The notes under the pieces were generated by a model, which did not search any database, was not told the DNA's origin, and worked only from the letters and a program-made list of their open reading frames with translations. Positions 1 through 10,584 of a stretch of DNA of 64,000 bases are shown one piece after another. Within the stretch, counting starts at the first letter, position 1, and each line of letters starts with the position of its first letter. Both the position numbers and the translations under genes were made by a program. The DNA comes from a virus: positions 1 to 64,000 of IMG/VR virus record IMGVR_UViG_3300030116_007024; one strand, given 5' to 3'.

Positions 1-539
1 TCACAAAGAAGAATCAACCGCATATATTATTAGATACTTTAAAATTAAACACTAAGAAATTTATAGCAGATGGCTCGGCAACTTTTGATATTTCTAATAT
101 TAAAACTCATGTAAATTATAATGAAATAAGTGTTTTTACACAACGTTTATTTTCGCAATATAAGTTATTTTATAAAAATCAGTTTTCAACAATACTTGAA
201 AACCAAGAACAGTTTCATACAATTCAAGTAGCATTGCCAGAAAAATATGCAGACTTAGCAATTTGGCAAGAACAAGTAGAACTAGATTATAAAACCAACA
301 TATATTCAAAACGTTATGCTTGTATGTCGTCTATTAAAAACTTTGCAAAGTACGATATTTTAGATGACTATATACTATTATATTGTGTAAACAAAAACAA
401 TACAAACGATTTAATAGATATTATACGAATACCTATATTAGAAATAAAAAACGAACGAGTGTATAACTTTTGGGTTAACACAAATAAAGATGTACACTTT
501 CTTCATAATCACCAAAAAATCTTAATGGGCATACAATGA
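1..539 (+). CDS. Hypothetical protein, 5'-truncated by the window edge
   Basis: The frame of ORF 234..539 is open back to position 3 (TKKNQPHILLDTLKL...). Its stop overlaps the next ATG (ATGA). Confidence 0.75.
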   Translation, partial: TKKNQPHILLDTLKLNTKKFIADGSATFDISNIKTHVNYNEISVFTQRLFSQYKLFYKNQFSTILENQEQFHTIQVALPEKYADLAIWQEQVELDYKTNIYSKRYACMSSIKNFAKYDILDDYILLYCVNKNNTNDLIDIIRIPILEIKNERVYNFWVNTNKDVHFLHNHQKILMGIQ

Positions 540-1507
540 AAGTACCAATTACAGAATACGATGTTGTATTCATTAGTTATGATGAGCCCAATGCTGATGA
601 TAACTATGCGGATTTAATTAATAAAATTCCATGGGCTAAACGTTCACATGGAGTATGGGGAAGCGATGCCGCACATAAAGCGGCCGCGGAAATGGCTGAA
701 ACTGATAGATTTATTGGCATTGATGCTGATAATATTATTGATCCTGAATTTTTAAACATTGAATTAGATAATACAACAATTGATCTGTCTATTGATGTTA
801 TTAGCTGGAGTGCTAAAAATCAAGTAAACGGTTTAGTATATGGCAATGGAGGAATCAAGTGTTGGCCAAAAGTGGTTGTTGAGAATATGATGACACATGA
901 AAATGCCAATTCTAAGGAAGGACAAGTAGATTTTTGTTGGGACATACATTATGTGCAAATGAATAACATTTATAGCACAATTTTTAATAATGCAACTCCG
1001 TATCAAGCATATAGAGCAGGCTTTCGTGAAGGCTGTAAAATGAGTTTAGATATGGGAGATGTGGTACCTATAGACCAATTTAAAAAACGAGTACACTATA
1101 AAAATTATAAACGATTATTAGTATGGATGTCTGTTGGTGCAGATACATTAAATGGTTGGTGGTGCATGTATGGTGCTCGCCTAGGATGCTGGATGACAAA
1201 CTTTGAACGAGATAACTGGAATTGGGTCGATGTTCGAGATTTTGAATGGCATACACGTTACTGGAAAGAGAATATTGTTCCACAATTTGAAAACAAAGAA
1301 GGTATTGGTGTAACATGTACTCACACAGGGTGGACATATGACTTTGATAAATTAATATCTGAAACATGTAGAATAGGTGCGGATTTAAGATCAGAATTAA
1401 ATTTAGAAATTGCCGATCTTGATGATTTAGGTAGTAAATTCTTTAAAGAAACTTACACAAATCCGCCACGAACCGCCCCACTAATTAGAGAAGATCAAAT
1501 ATTATGA
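536..1507 (+). CDS. GT-A-like glycosyltransferase (paralog of 21877..22605)
   Basis: N-terminal DVVFISYDE, HGVxGxxxAHK, DxD motif (IDADN), NGLVYGNGGIK, AGFREGCK. Confidence 0.7.
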   Translation: MKVPITEYDVVFISYDEPNADDNYADLINKIPWAKRSHGVWGSDAAHKAAAEMAETDRFIGIDADNIIDPEFLNIELDNTTIDLSIDVISWSAKNQVNGLVYGNGGIKCWPKVVVENMMTHENANSKEGQVDFCWDIHYVQMNNIYSTIFNNATPYQAYRAGFREGCKMSLDMGDVVPIDQFKKRVHYKNYKRLLVWMSVGADTLNGWWCMYGARLGCWMTNFERDNWNWVDVRDFEWHTRYWKENIVPQFENKEGIGVTCTHTGWTYDFDKLISETCRIGADLRSELNLEIADLDDLGSKFFKETYTNPPRTAPLIREDQIL

Positions 1508-3012
1508 GTATATTAAATGAAAATTGGGAAAAAAGAGGTAATTATGTAGTTCATTCGTCGCATAATTTTGAATTAATGAAAAACAAACAAAACGAAATAG
1601 GTCCTGGATTTTGTATAGCAAAGTGGAATCAAGTTTCGTTACATTTAGAAACAGGATTGACACATAGTTGTCATCATCCGACAGCTCATGAAATACCGTT
1701 AGCAGAATTATCAATAGATCCTTCTGCATTACACAATACAGAGTTTAAAAAACAACAAAGAAAAGCTATGCTTGAAGGTAATAGGCCTAAAGAATGCGAT
1801 TATTGTTGGCGTGTCGAAGATCAAAATCAGTATAGCGATCGGCAAATGAAAACTATCGAGCCTTGGGCATTAAAAGATTTTGATGACATAAGTTTAATGA
1901 CCGGTGATGAAAATGTTCCTCCAAAATATTTAGAAGTTAGTTTTACTAATGCATGTAATCAAAAATGTATATATTGTGGACCTGAATTTAGTACGGCTTG
2001 GATAGAAGAATTGAAGGAACAAGGACCGGTAGTAGTTCTAAAAGAACATAATAACTTTAAACGTATAGAGCAAGGATGGCAAAATTTAGATGATCTTTAT
2101 TATAAAAAAAATCAAACCAATCCTTATATAGATGCATTTTGGAAATGGTTTCCAGAAATTTATGATAAATTAGAAATATACAGAATAACAGGAGGCGAAC
2201 CTTTATTAAGCAAAGATACTTTTAAAAGTATGGAGTTTTTTTTAAAAAATCCCAATACTAATTTAGCATTAGCAATTAATAGTAACCTTAGTGTACCTGA
2301 AAGCGTGTGGTCAAAATTTATAATTTTATGTAAAAAGCTCATTACTTCAAAAGCAATAGGTAAATTAACAATATTTACAAGTATAGAAAGTTGGGGCGAA
2401 CAAGCAAATTATGCTAGATATGGTTTAGATTTTGATATCTATAGACAACGTATAGAAGAAATTGCAAATATAAATGATTTAAGATGTGTTTTTATGTCTA
2501 CTTATAATATTTTAAGTGTACCTTCTTTTTATAAAATATTAGAATGGCAATTAGAGCTAAAGAAAAAATACAATACAATAAATCTAGATAATGAAAAACG
2601 ATCACATTCTTGGTTGATGGGTATAGATATCCCGTACCTTAGACATCCTCAATATTTAGATGTAGGTATTCTCACAGATGATATAAAAGAAAAATATATG
2701 TTACCTTGTTTAGATTTCATGAAAAACAATATTTCAACAAACCATACCGGATTTGAAGAATACGAAATGATTAAGTTTCAACGTATTATAGAATCTATTG
2801 ATATTCCTAAAGAAAATAAAACAAAATTAAGTATACGTAGAGCAAAATTTTATGATGTAATAAATGAAATGGACAAAAGACGAGGTACAAATTTTTTAAA
2901 GACTTTTCCTGAATTAAAAGAATTTTATTTTGAATGTGAAAAAAATAGGAATATGATAAAATATGCGGTAAATGTAATGGCAGATGGAGAAGCATATGAG
3001 TACAGTTCATAA
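1504..3012 (+). CDS. Radical SAM protein with N-terminal Twitch-like domain (SCHHP subtype)
   Basis: CNQKCIYC and TGGEP; N-terminal FCIAKW...SCHHP...CDYCW; C-terminal DKRRGTNFLKTFPEL. Confidence 0.92.
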   Translation: MSILNENWEKRGNYVVHSSHNFELMKNKQNEIGPGFCIAKWNQVSLHLETGLTHSCHHPTAHEIPLAELSIDPSALHNTEFKKQQRKAMLEGNRPKECDYCWRVEDQNQYSDRQMKTIEPWALKDFDDISLMTGDENVPPKYLEVSFTNACNQKCIYCGPEFSTAWIEELKEQGPVVVLKEHNNFKRIEQGWQNLDDLYYKKNQTNPYIDAFWKWFPEIYDKLEIYRITGGEPLLSKDTFKSMEFFLKNPNTNLALAINSNLSVPESVWSKFIILCKKLITSKAIGKLTIFTSIESWGEQANYARYGLDFDIYRQRIEEIANINDLRCVFMSTYNILSVPSFYKILEWQLELKKKYNTINLDNEKRSHSWLMGIDIPYLRHPQYLDVGILTDDIKEKYMLPCLDFMKNNISTNHTGFEEYEMIKFQRIIESIDIPKENKTKLSIRRAKFYDVINEMDKRRGTNFLKTFPELKEFYFECEKNRNMIKYAVNVMADGEAYEYSS

Positions 3013-4504
3013 AGCATTTTTAGAGCCTACTATTAGCTATATTAAACGAGTTCTCAATTCAAAAAGTAAATCATTTTGCGGAGCAAAATGGTATAATGCA
3101 ACTATATGGCTAGGACAAGGAGTTAATTCTAGTTGTCACCATCCACCTCCGCATCCTATAGACCAAAATGAGATTAAAACTAATTATAAAGCAATTCATA
3201 ATACAAAATATAAAAAAATAGTTCGTAAACAAATGTTAGAAGGAATTCGGCCTTCTGAATGCGAATATTGTTGGAAAATAGAAGATAATAATATTAATAA
3301 TATAAGTGATAGATTTCATAAAAGTGCAGTATATACAGAAAAAGAATTGCGAGATATTACTAAATTAAAATGGAATGAAGATGTAGATTTATTAACATTA
3401 GAAATTGCATTTGATAATAATTGTAATTTTGCATGTAGTTATTGTAATCCTACGTGCTCCACTACATGGAGTAAAGATATAAAAACACATGGTGCATATG
3501 ATAGTTTACAAGGAGCAGATGATGTCGGTTTAACATTTGCTCAAACCGGAGAATGGGCGTTACCACATGGATCAAAAAATGAGAATAATCCTTATGTAGA
3601 AGCATTTTGGAAATGGTGGGATGCTGATTTATGTACTACATTAAAAGAATTGCGGGTAACTGGTGGTGAACCAACTGTTAGTAATAATTTTTGGAAGTTA
3701 TTAGATTGGTGGAAAGAGCATAAAGAATGCCAAGTAATATTAGCAATTAATTCTAATTTAGGTTTTAAATTTGATATATGCGATAAATTAGTTAAAGCTA
3801 GCCATTATATAAACACATGTCATATTTACACAAGTAACGAAAGTTATGGCAAACATGCAGAATACATTAGAGATGGATTAGTTTGGGACCTATGGACTGA
3901 TAATTTAAATATTATAGCAAAACATAGTAGAATAAAATTAATACATATAATGTTTACGATTAATGCATTGTGTTTAGCAAGCATTACAAAATTAATAGAA
4001 TATATTTTTACTTTTCAAGAAACATATAAAGATATTAAAATAGATATGAGTTTTAATATCTTGCGGTGGCCTAGTTTTCAAAGTATTACAACATTACCTA
4101 AATATTTGGTTGAACAAAAAATTAAAGAATTGGAGGAATTTATAGAACATAATAGTCAGCCACCATATTTTAAGGAAGGTTTAAAAAGTCATCAAGTAGA
4201 TAGATTAACTACTTTAATAAATTATTTAAAAAACGAAGTTGAAGGATTTGATGGCGCAACCGATTTAACCAAAAGACAACAAAATTTTAAAGCATTTTAT
4301 ACTCAATACGATCAACGCAGAAATAAATCTTTTATTGATACATTTGCTGATTGGCCAGAATTAGTTAAATGGTATAATTCTTTAGATTATGAATTTGTAC
4401 CTCAAGAACAAACTAGCGGTGTTCAACCTAAAAATGATCATTATGAAAGAGTGTTAAAGGAAAATAAGGAACAGGTACTTCTCCTTATGGAGGAAAGTAT
4501 GTAG
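2984..4504 (+). CDS. Radical SAM protein with N-terminal Twitch-like domain (SCHHP subtype), tandem paralog of the previous gene
   Basis: CNFACSYC and TGGEP; FCGAKW...SCHHP...CEYCW; NPYVEAFWKW shared with the previous ORF. Confidence 0.92.
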   Translation: MEKHMSTVHKAFLEPTISYIKRVLNSKSKSFCGAKWYNATIWLGQGVNSSCHHPPPHPIDQNEIKTNYKAIHNTKYKKIVRKQMLEGIRPSECEYCWKIEDNNINNISDRFHKSAVYTEKELRDITKLKWNEDVDLLTLEIAFDNNCNFACSYCNPTCSTTWSKDIKTHGAYDSLQGADDVGLTFAQTGEWALPHGSKNENNPYVEAFWKWWDADLCTTLKELRVTGGEPTVSNNFWKLLDWWKEHKECQVILAINSNLGFKFDICDKLVKASHYINTCHIYTSNESYGKHAEYIRDGLVWDLWTDNLNIIAKHSRIKLIHIMFTINALCLASITKLIEYIFTFQETYKDIKIDMSFNILRWPSFQSITTLPKYLVEQKIKELEEFIEHNSQPPYFKEGLKSHQVDRLTTLINYLKNEVEGFDGATDLTKRQQNFKAFYTQYDQRRNKSFIDTFADWPELVKWYNSLDYEFVPQEQTSGVQPKNDHYERVLKENKEQVLLLMEESM

Positions 4505-5671
4505 GTGAGTTCAATGATAAAATATGAAGATATTAAAAAAATTCACGTTGAATTAAGTTCAAAATGTAATGCTAGTTGCCCTGGATGTCCCAGAAATGTT
4601 CAAGGAGGTTACGAGCTTCCTTCATTAAAAAAAGCAGAATTAAGTATAGATGATTTTAAAAAACTTTTTTTAAAAGATTTTTTAAAACAAATAGATTCGA
4701 TTTTATTTTGCGGTAATTATGGCGATCCTATTACTTGCAACGACATTATTCCCATATTAACTTATATTAAATCATGTAGTGACGCAAATATAAGAATTCA
4801 TACTAATGGTAGTCTTAGAACCCCCGAATTTTGGAAAAACATTGCAACTATTCTTTCGCCATCTGATACGATTATATGGAGTATAGATGGATTAAGCGAC
4901 ACGAATCATTTATATAGACGAGGTACTGATTGGAATAAAATTATTGATAATGCAACTTCATTTATAGAAGCAGGAGGTGTCGCAACTTGGGAATATTTAA
5001 TTTTTAAGCATAACGAGCATCAAATAAATGAAGCACATGAATTATCAAAAAAATTAGGATTTCATTATTTTGCTCCTAAAAAAGCATTTGGGTTTGAATC
5101 GGGCAATTATGCAGTTAAAGCAATGCAAGTTGTTAATAAAAATGGTGATCATGATTATTTTATACATCCTCCTAGTGAGAAAAATAGAAATATAGATGTT
5201 TTAAAAGCAAAGCAAAATAAAAACGAAAAACTACATCCTCATTCCTATAATCGTAATAAATTTATTGAAGATTATAATATAAAGTGTAAAGAATCAAATA
5301 AACTAGTTTCAGAAGGTTATTTTGATTATTTAGATAATGTAGAAATAAGTTGTAGCACCATAAACAATTCTGAGATATTTGTAGATAGTCTAGGAGGAGT
5401 TCATCCGTGTTGTTACTTAGGACATGTATCACAAGAAGCCGATTCACATGTAGAAATTCAATATGCTAATTTTATAAATATGCTAGGAACATCATACAAT
5501 TTTAATGGTATTACACATGGTGTTCGTCATATAGTAGAAAATTCATATTTTAATCTAATAAAAGAAACTTGGTCAAAGACTCATAGAAATGGTCGAATAG
5601 CACAATGCTCTAGAATGTGTTCAAAAAATGATAATATTATAGATAGTTTATATAATAAAGAAAATGCATAA
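4505..5671 (+). CDS. Radical SAM protein with C-terminal Twitch/SPASM-like cysteines (paralog of 26720..27796)
   Basis: CNASCPGC, CGNYGDP, SIDGLSDTNHLYR; C-terminal C...HPCC...CSRMC. GTG start. Confidence 0.92.
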   Translation: MSSMIKYEDIKKIHVELSSKCNASCPGCPRNVQGGYELPSLKKAELSIDDFKKLFLKDFLKQIDSILFCGNYGDPITCNDIIPILTYIKSCSDANIRIHTNGSLRTPEFWKNIATILSPSDTIIWSIDGLSDTNHLYRRGTDWNKIIDNATSFIEAGGVATWEYLIFKHNEHQINEAHELSKKLGFHYFAPKKAFGFESGNYAVKAMQVVNKNGDHDYFIHPPSEKNRNIDVLKAKQNKNEKLHPHSYNRNKFIEDYNIKCKESNKLVSEGYFDYLDNVEISCSTINNSEIFVDSLGGVHPCCYLGHVSQEADSHVEIQYANFINMLGTSYNFNGITHGVRHIVENSYFNLIKETWSKTHRNGRIAQCSRMCSKNDNIIDSLYNKENA

Positions 5672-7301
5672 TTATAATTTTGTTTTTAAAAAAGACGATG
5701 TTGGTAACTTTTTAAAAAATCAACCTTTTGTTTTTAGCTTAGAAAATGAGTGGGTTAATCACATAAAAAAAGCATCTGAGATATTTTTTTATAGAATAAA
5801 TTATGGAGCATATAGACAGCATAAAAATTACAATACTATTAAAAATATTTCTCACCATCATATAAATTTTAATATAACAGATTTAGAAGATTTATCAGAA
5901 AAAGATTATTGTTATTATTATATATCTTTTAATGTAATGTATGCCATGTTTCTACCACAAGACTTTAATAACAAAGGTAATGTAGAAAAAACAGGTAGTG
6001 CAGAAATTTTATCAACTTTGGAGAATAGTTGTAAGTTTATTCTTCCGGATGAAATTAAAAAATTATTAGATAAAGATAAATGTAAAATTATTTTAGATAC
6101 TTCTAAAGAAGGAGTCGGACATTTAATTCAATGGGATAAATTTTTTAAACTTACAAATTTAACACCTGATCAAGTTATACATACAACTGGAGATGTTTTA
6201 TTAGGAAGTAACATTAGTATTCCGACTACATTTTATAATCATTGGGAAAGAAATGTTGCAACATTATCATTTTCAAGACACCATGAAGTAATACATAAAT
6301 TAGAAGAATTAATATTAACTAAAGAGAAACGAAAATGGTATGGTTTATGTCTAAACAGAGTTACAAAACCCCACAGAATAGAAATTTGTAAATTTGTTGC
6401 CGAAAATTTACCAAATAAAATAGATTATAGTTTTGGTTTATTTAGTTGGAATACTTTACTTGAACGAGATAAACAAACCGACAAGCCGTTAGATACCGCA
6501 TTGTTTCAAGAATGGAAATATCGTATAGCCAATGATACTGCTAGTTATTTTGCAAATCCAGCTGATGCTAAAGAATATTTTACATGGTTATCTAAACACA
6601 ACGAAAAATCTAGTGATTTAGAACCCAATACATCATTTAGTCATAATATGGTGACTTTTTTTAATAATAATTCATATTATAATTCTTATTTTAGTATTGT
6701 ATGTGAAACATTTTATGAACAACAAGGTGCCTTGTTTGTATCTGAAAAAATTTTTAAACCTATAGCATATTTACAACCATTTATTGTAGTCGGCCAAGCA
6801 TATGTTATAGAATATATGAGGCATTTAGGATATGATGTATTTGATGATATAATAGATCATTCATATGATAAAATATTAAATCCTAGACATAGAATGGAAA
6901 AAATAAAAAAAGAATTAATTAGACTATGTCGTATACCATCAGACCAATGGGCTGATATTTTATATCATATATTTCCTAGATTATATAGCAATTATCATCA
7001 TTTAAATTTAGCATTTTATAGAGATGATAAATTACATATGCCTATTCATTTAAATGAACCAAAATATTACGAACCAATACATTCTTTTGAAACAAAAGAA
7101 GAGTATAGAAAATTATCTAGTTTGCTTAATTCTAAAGTAGAACTATCTAACTCATTTTATTCGTCATTGTATTCTAATATGGAATATGCAAATTTGAGAG
7201 GCAGGACATACACTAATGAAATATATAATCATCTTTTATTAAATAAAAACATGACTAATTCTTATTATAATAAAAACTATAATTATGATAGTACAACATA
7301 A
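5664..7301 (+). CDS. GT10 (alpha-1,3-fucosyltransferase)-like glycosyltransferase
   Basis: CLNRVTKPHR; FSIVCET...FVSEKIFKPI..LQPFIVVG; GYDVFDDIIDHSYD. Confidence 0.6.
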   Translation: MHNYNFVFKKDDVGNFLKNQPFVFSLENEWVNHIKKASEIFFYRINYGAYRQHKNYNTIKNISHHHINFNITDLEDLSEKDYCYYYISFNVMYAMFLPQDFNNKGNVEKTGSAEILSTLENSCKFILPDEIKKLLDKDKCKIILDTSKEGVGHLIQWDKFFKLTNLTPDQVIHTTGDVLLGSNISIPTTFYNHWERNVATLSFSRHHEVIHKLEELILTKEKRKWYGLCLNRVTKPHRIEICKFVAENLPNKIDYSFGLFSWNTLLERDKQTDKPLDTALFQEWKYRIANDTASYFANPADAKEYFTWLSKHNEKSSDLEPNTSFSHNMVTFFNNNSYYNSYFSIVCETFYEQQGALFVSEKIFKPIAYLQPFIVVGQAYVIEYMRHLGYDVFDDIIDHSYDKILNPRHRMEKIKKELIRLCRIPSDQWADILYHIFPRLYSNYHHLNLAFYRDDKLHMPIHLNEPKYYEPIHSFETKEEYRKLSSLLNSKVELSNSFYSSLYSNMEYANLRGRTYTNEIYNHLLLNKNMTNSYYNKNYNYDSTT

Positions 7302-7782
7302 ATGTTTAGTTATTATTGATCCGTGGGCTCGGCATGGTCCTGGAGAAACATATACAAAAATAATTTTATCATTAGAAAAAATAAAATATCCTGTTGTTAT
7401 GGTTAATTATGACGAAACGCCTTATACATATATAGAACGAGCATGTAGAAATGGTACTAATCAAATGCCATATAATGATGGGGTTGGTAGTTATGATTAT
7501 AGCAATAGAATAACAACAAATGATGAGTCAATTTTTTTGCGTTTTTTAATGCATAATAATATAACAGAATTAAACTATTGTGGTGTTAGTTTTCCTGGTT
7601 GTGTTTGGCATCGACCATTAGGTATGCAATACATGAAAGATAAATTTAAATGTAATGTTGTAATTGATTTATGTGATAATAATTATACGCAAGGACCAAC
7701 TATTGATAAAATACATGCCCAATATAAATTTGCCAAATTTAGGAATATTCCTGTAAAATATTCAAATGAAATATATTCGTAA
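7285..7782 (+). CDS. Isochorismatase/cysteine-hydrolase-fold protein
   Basis: LVIIDPW near the N-terminus and ITELNYCGVSFPGCV (Asp...Cys arrangement). Confidence 0.6.
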   Translation: MIVQHKCLVIIDPWARHGPGETYTKIILSLEKIKYPVVMVNYDETPYTYIERACRNGTNQMPYNDGVGSYDYSNRITTNDESIFLRFLMHNNITELNYCGVSFPGCVWHRPLGMQYMKDKFKCNVVIDLCDNNYTQGPTIDKIHAQYKFAKFRNIPVKYSNEIYS

Positions 7783-9022
7783 TAAATTTTATTATTATTT
7801 TAATAAATCAAAAACAAATTATAATATTTTAGGACGTGGATATTTTGGAAATCCTATTCAAGAATCTTTTTATTATGATGCAATTCCTCAATATCAAATA
7901 CCTAAAGATAAGTATTCTTTAATGTTTTGTATAAATCATAAAAAAATAAATGAATGGATAGATAACAAATTTAAAAAAATATCTTTATCAAATAATATTA
8001 TAGATGACGTTAATAATGATAAATGTAACATTTTATTAAATCATAGCCACGAACCTTTTAATAATTTGCCTTTTGATCAAATAAAAAATCAATTTATAAA
8101 TGTAAAGCAAGATAATTTAATATGGATAACAGGCGATAGTAATTTGAATATGTCTAATGAAATATCATCAACTTGGACAAATATTTTTGAAAGATTAACA
8201 TATATGTTACTTCAAGGAAGTAACATAGCTAGAGAAGATTGGATAGAATTGTTAGTGCAACAACATAACCGAATAACAAATAGAACTAATAGAAAACATA
8301 AATTATTATTATATATGCGTCGTCCTAAACCATGGAGGATTGCATTAATGAGTAAAATGTTTGAAAATAGTCTTGTTGAATCACAAGAAACAATCATATC
8401 CTGGGGAGGATCTTCTGGAAGCGGGTATAAAGAAACAACAAAATCTTCATGGGATACATCATTAGATAATATTAGAAATATTAATACTACTTGTTCCCAA
8501 CAAGTATTGGATAAAATTTTAGATATTCAACATCCAATAAAATTAATAGGAAAAGAAAAAGTATTTCCTGACTTTACTATAGGTAAAAATCATAATTATC
8601 TTGTTTCGTCTATAGCAACTCCTTCGCCGACATTAGATATAAACGATGTTGTTAATACATATTTTCAAATAGTATCTGAAGCCAGAATAGATAATAATAT
8701 AGGTTTTATAACAGAAAAAATATATAAAACAATAGCAAGTATGCAACCATTTGTAATTTTTGGACCACCTAACACAGTAACATTTTTAGAAAATCAAGGA
8801 TATAAAATTAAAAATAATTTTATAGATCATAGTTACGATAAAATAGAAACAACAGAAAAAAGATTTAATGCATTATGGGCTGAAATTGAAAGATTAATGA
8901 AATTATCTCATAAGGAATGGGTAGATATTTTATATAATTTGTTACCAGACTTATTATACAATATTAATAATTTTCAGAAATGTTTTCATAGATTATATAA
9001 TGAAAAATATATTGCAAAATAA
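7766..9022 (+). CDS. GT10-like glycosyltransferase paralog
   Basis: MRRPKPWR; FQIVSE...FITEKIYKTI..MQPFVIFG; FIDHSYD. Confidence 0.58.
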   Translation: MKYIRNKFYYYFNKSKTNYNILGRGYFGNPIQESFYYDAIPQYQIPKDKYSLMFCINHKKINEWIDNKFKKISLSNNIIDDVNNDKCNILLNHSHEPFNNLPFDQIKNQFINVKQDNLIWITGDSNLNMSNEISSTWTNIFERLTYMLLQGSNIAREDWIELLVQQHNRITNRTNRKHKLLLYMRRPKPWRIALMSKMFENSLVESQETIISWGGSSGSGYKETTKSSWDTSLDNIRNINTTCSQQVLDKILDIQHPIKLIGKEKVFPDFTIGKNHNYLVSSIATPSPTLDINDVVNTYFQIVSEARIDNNIGFITEKIYKTIASMQPFVIFGPPNTVTFLENQGYKIKNNFIDHSYDKIETTEKRFNALWAEIERLMKLSHKEWVDILYNLLPDLLYNINNFQKCFHRLYNEKYIAK

Positions 9023-9761
9023 TACAATCGTTTTAACACAAATCCGTTCCGGCGGTACTGTTTTAGACTCGTTATTATCTCTCATACATAAGAAAAAAAA
9101 TATAGAATTTCATAATTTTTGGCAATATGTCCCTGATGCAGGTTCGCCTAAAGAATTGGAACAGCAATTTGAAAAAATATATGATAAAATTGCATTATTA
9201 AATGTAAAATGGAATATTCGATTAATAATACCAGAATTAATAAATTTAAATAATGCAGGATATATTACAACGCCAGTGATATCAAAATTATTTAAAAAAT
9301 TAATAACACCAGCAGTAAAAATTTTTTTATATAGACAAGATATTGAGGATTGGTTTTTAAGTTATATAATTGCCGAAAAAACACAAGTATTTCATGTTAA
9401 TGATATTAATAATAATTTAAATTTAGATAAATCTTTTGATGTAAATGAAAACGAAATAATAAAATTTTTAGATACATTATTATTAACAAAAAATGTTTTT
9501 AATTTAATTGAAGATGATAAAACAGTATATATAGAATATAATGATCTATTAAATAAAAAAATATTTTGTGAAGAATTAGGTATAACATTTACTGATAATG
9601 ATAACACGTTTTTAGAAACAGATAATAATGGTTATCCGGTTAAAAAATTATATAGTAAAAATGAAAAAATAAATAAAATTAACAACTGGTCTAAAATTTC
9701 AAAAATTCTACATAATTATTGTAATTACCTCGGTTTTAACAATTCTTTTTTTTATGATTAA
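9000..9761 (+). CDS. Sulfotransferase-like protein (Stf0-like)
   Basis: TQIRSGGT (5'-PSB-like loop), LYRQD...FLSYIIA..TQVFH, IEYNDL. Confidence 0.6.
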   Translation: MKNILQNNTIVLTQIRSGGTVLDSLLSLIHKKKNIEFHNFWQYVPDAGSPKELEQQFEKIYDKIALLNVKWNIRLIIPELINLNNAGYITTPVISKLFKKLITPAVKIFLYRQDIEDWFLSYIIAEKTQVFHVNDINNNLNLDKSFDVNENEIIKFLDTLLLTKNVFNLIEDDKTVYIEYNDLLNKKIFCEELGITFTDNDNTFLETDNNGYPVKKLYSKNEKINKINNWSKISKILHNYCNYLGFNNSFFYD

Positions 9762-10584
9762 AAATTGGCAAGAGCTATCATTTACTATAAAAGAACAACC
9801 TCGTTTTTATTCAGATCTTGATTTTGATTTTACAGTAGAAGATGATATAATGAATATTAACGTAAAAGCGAATCCTAGATGGGAAAATGTATTATCTGGT
9901 GATTTAAAAAATACATGGCAACCTTTGGAAATATTTGAAAATGCCGTTAGCTATGGGTATGTTCCTTCCTTTGGTCATGTTGGACGTATAATTAGGTTAG
10001 ATTCTAATATAGGTTGGATTAATATACCAAAAAATGCAAGCACTTCGATACGTAAAATAACAAACAGTTTTCGAAAAGAAAGAATAGAAACAAAAGTTGA
10101 ATGGCTTTTAAAATATAAAGATTATAAATTATTTGCAGTATTACGAGATCCAATAGATAGGTTAAAATCAGGATTCAAACAATATATTGTAGAAAATCAA
10201 TTTTTAATTCATGATATGAATCATTTTAAGAAAAATATTGATAAAATTTTCTCTTACCCGAGAGATCCCCATATGCTTCCAAATTTTGTTTTTTTTAATA
10301 AATTAAAATTAAATGATATACATTTTATAATTGGTTTAGATAATGTTGATGTTGAAGTAATCAGTTGGTTAAAAAAACAAAACTTAGAAGTAGACAAAAC
10401 AATGTTTGAAAAAGTATATGAAAATAAAGCAATAAATAACAATAGAAAATCTGATTTTAAACCAATTATTGATAATTATATTGATACATTAGATGACAGT
10501 AGCGTATTAGCAAAGTTAATAAAGAAAGATTACGAATTTTTAAATATTATTAGGGAAAAATATTATGATTGTAACTTATCCTAA
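9754..10584 (+). CDS. Sulfotransferase family 2-like protein
   Basis: NIPKNASTSI (5'-PSB), VLRDPIDRLKSGF (3'-PB), DPHMLP. Confidence 0.78.
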   Translation: MIKNWQELSFTIKEQPRFYSDLDFDFTVEDDIMNINVKANPRWENVLSGDLKNTWQPLEIFENAVSYGYVPSFGHVGRIIRLDSNIGWINIPKNASTSIRKITNSFRKERIETKVEWLLKYKDYKLFAVLRDPIDRLKSGFKQYIVENQFLIHDMNHFKKNIDKIFSYPRDPHMLPNFVFFNKLKLNDIHFIIGLDNVDVEVISWLKKQNLEVDKTMFEKVYENKAINNNRKSDFKPIIDNYIDTLDDSSVLAKLIKKDYEFLNIIREKYYDCNLS

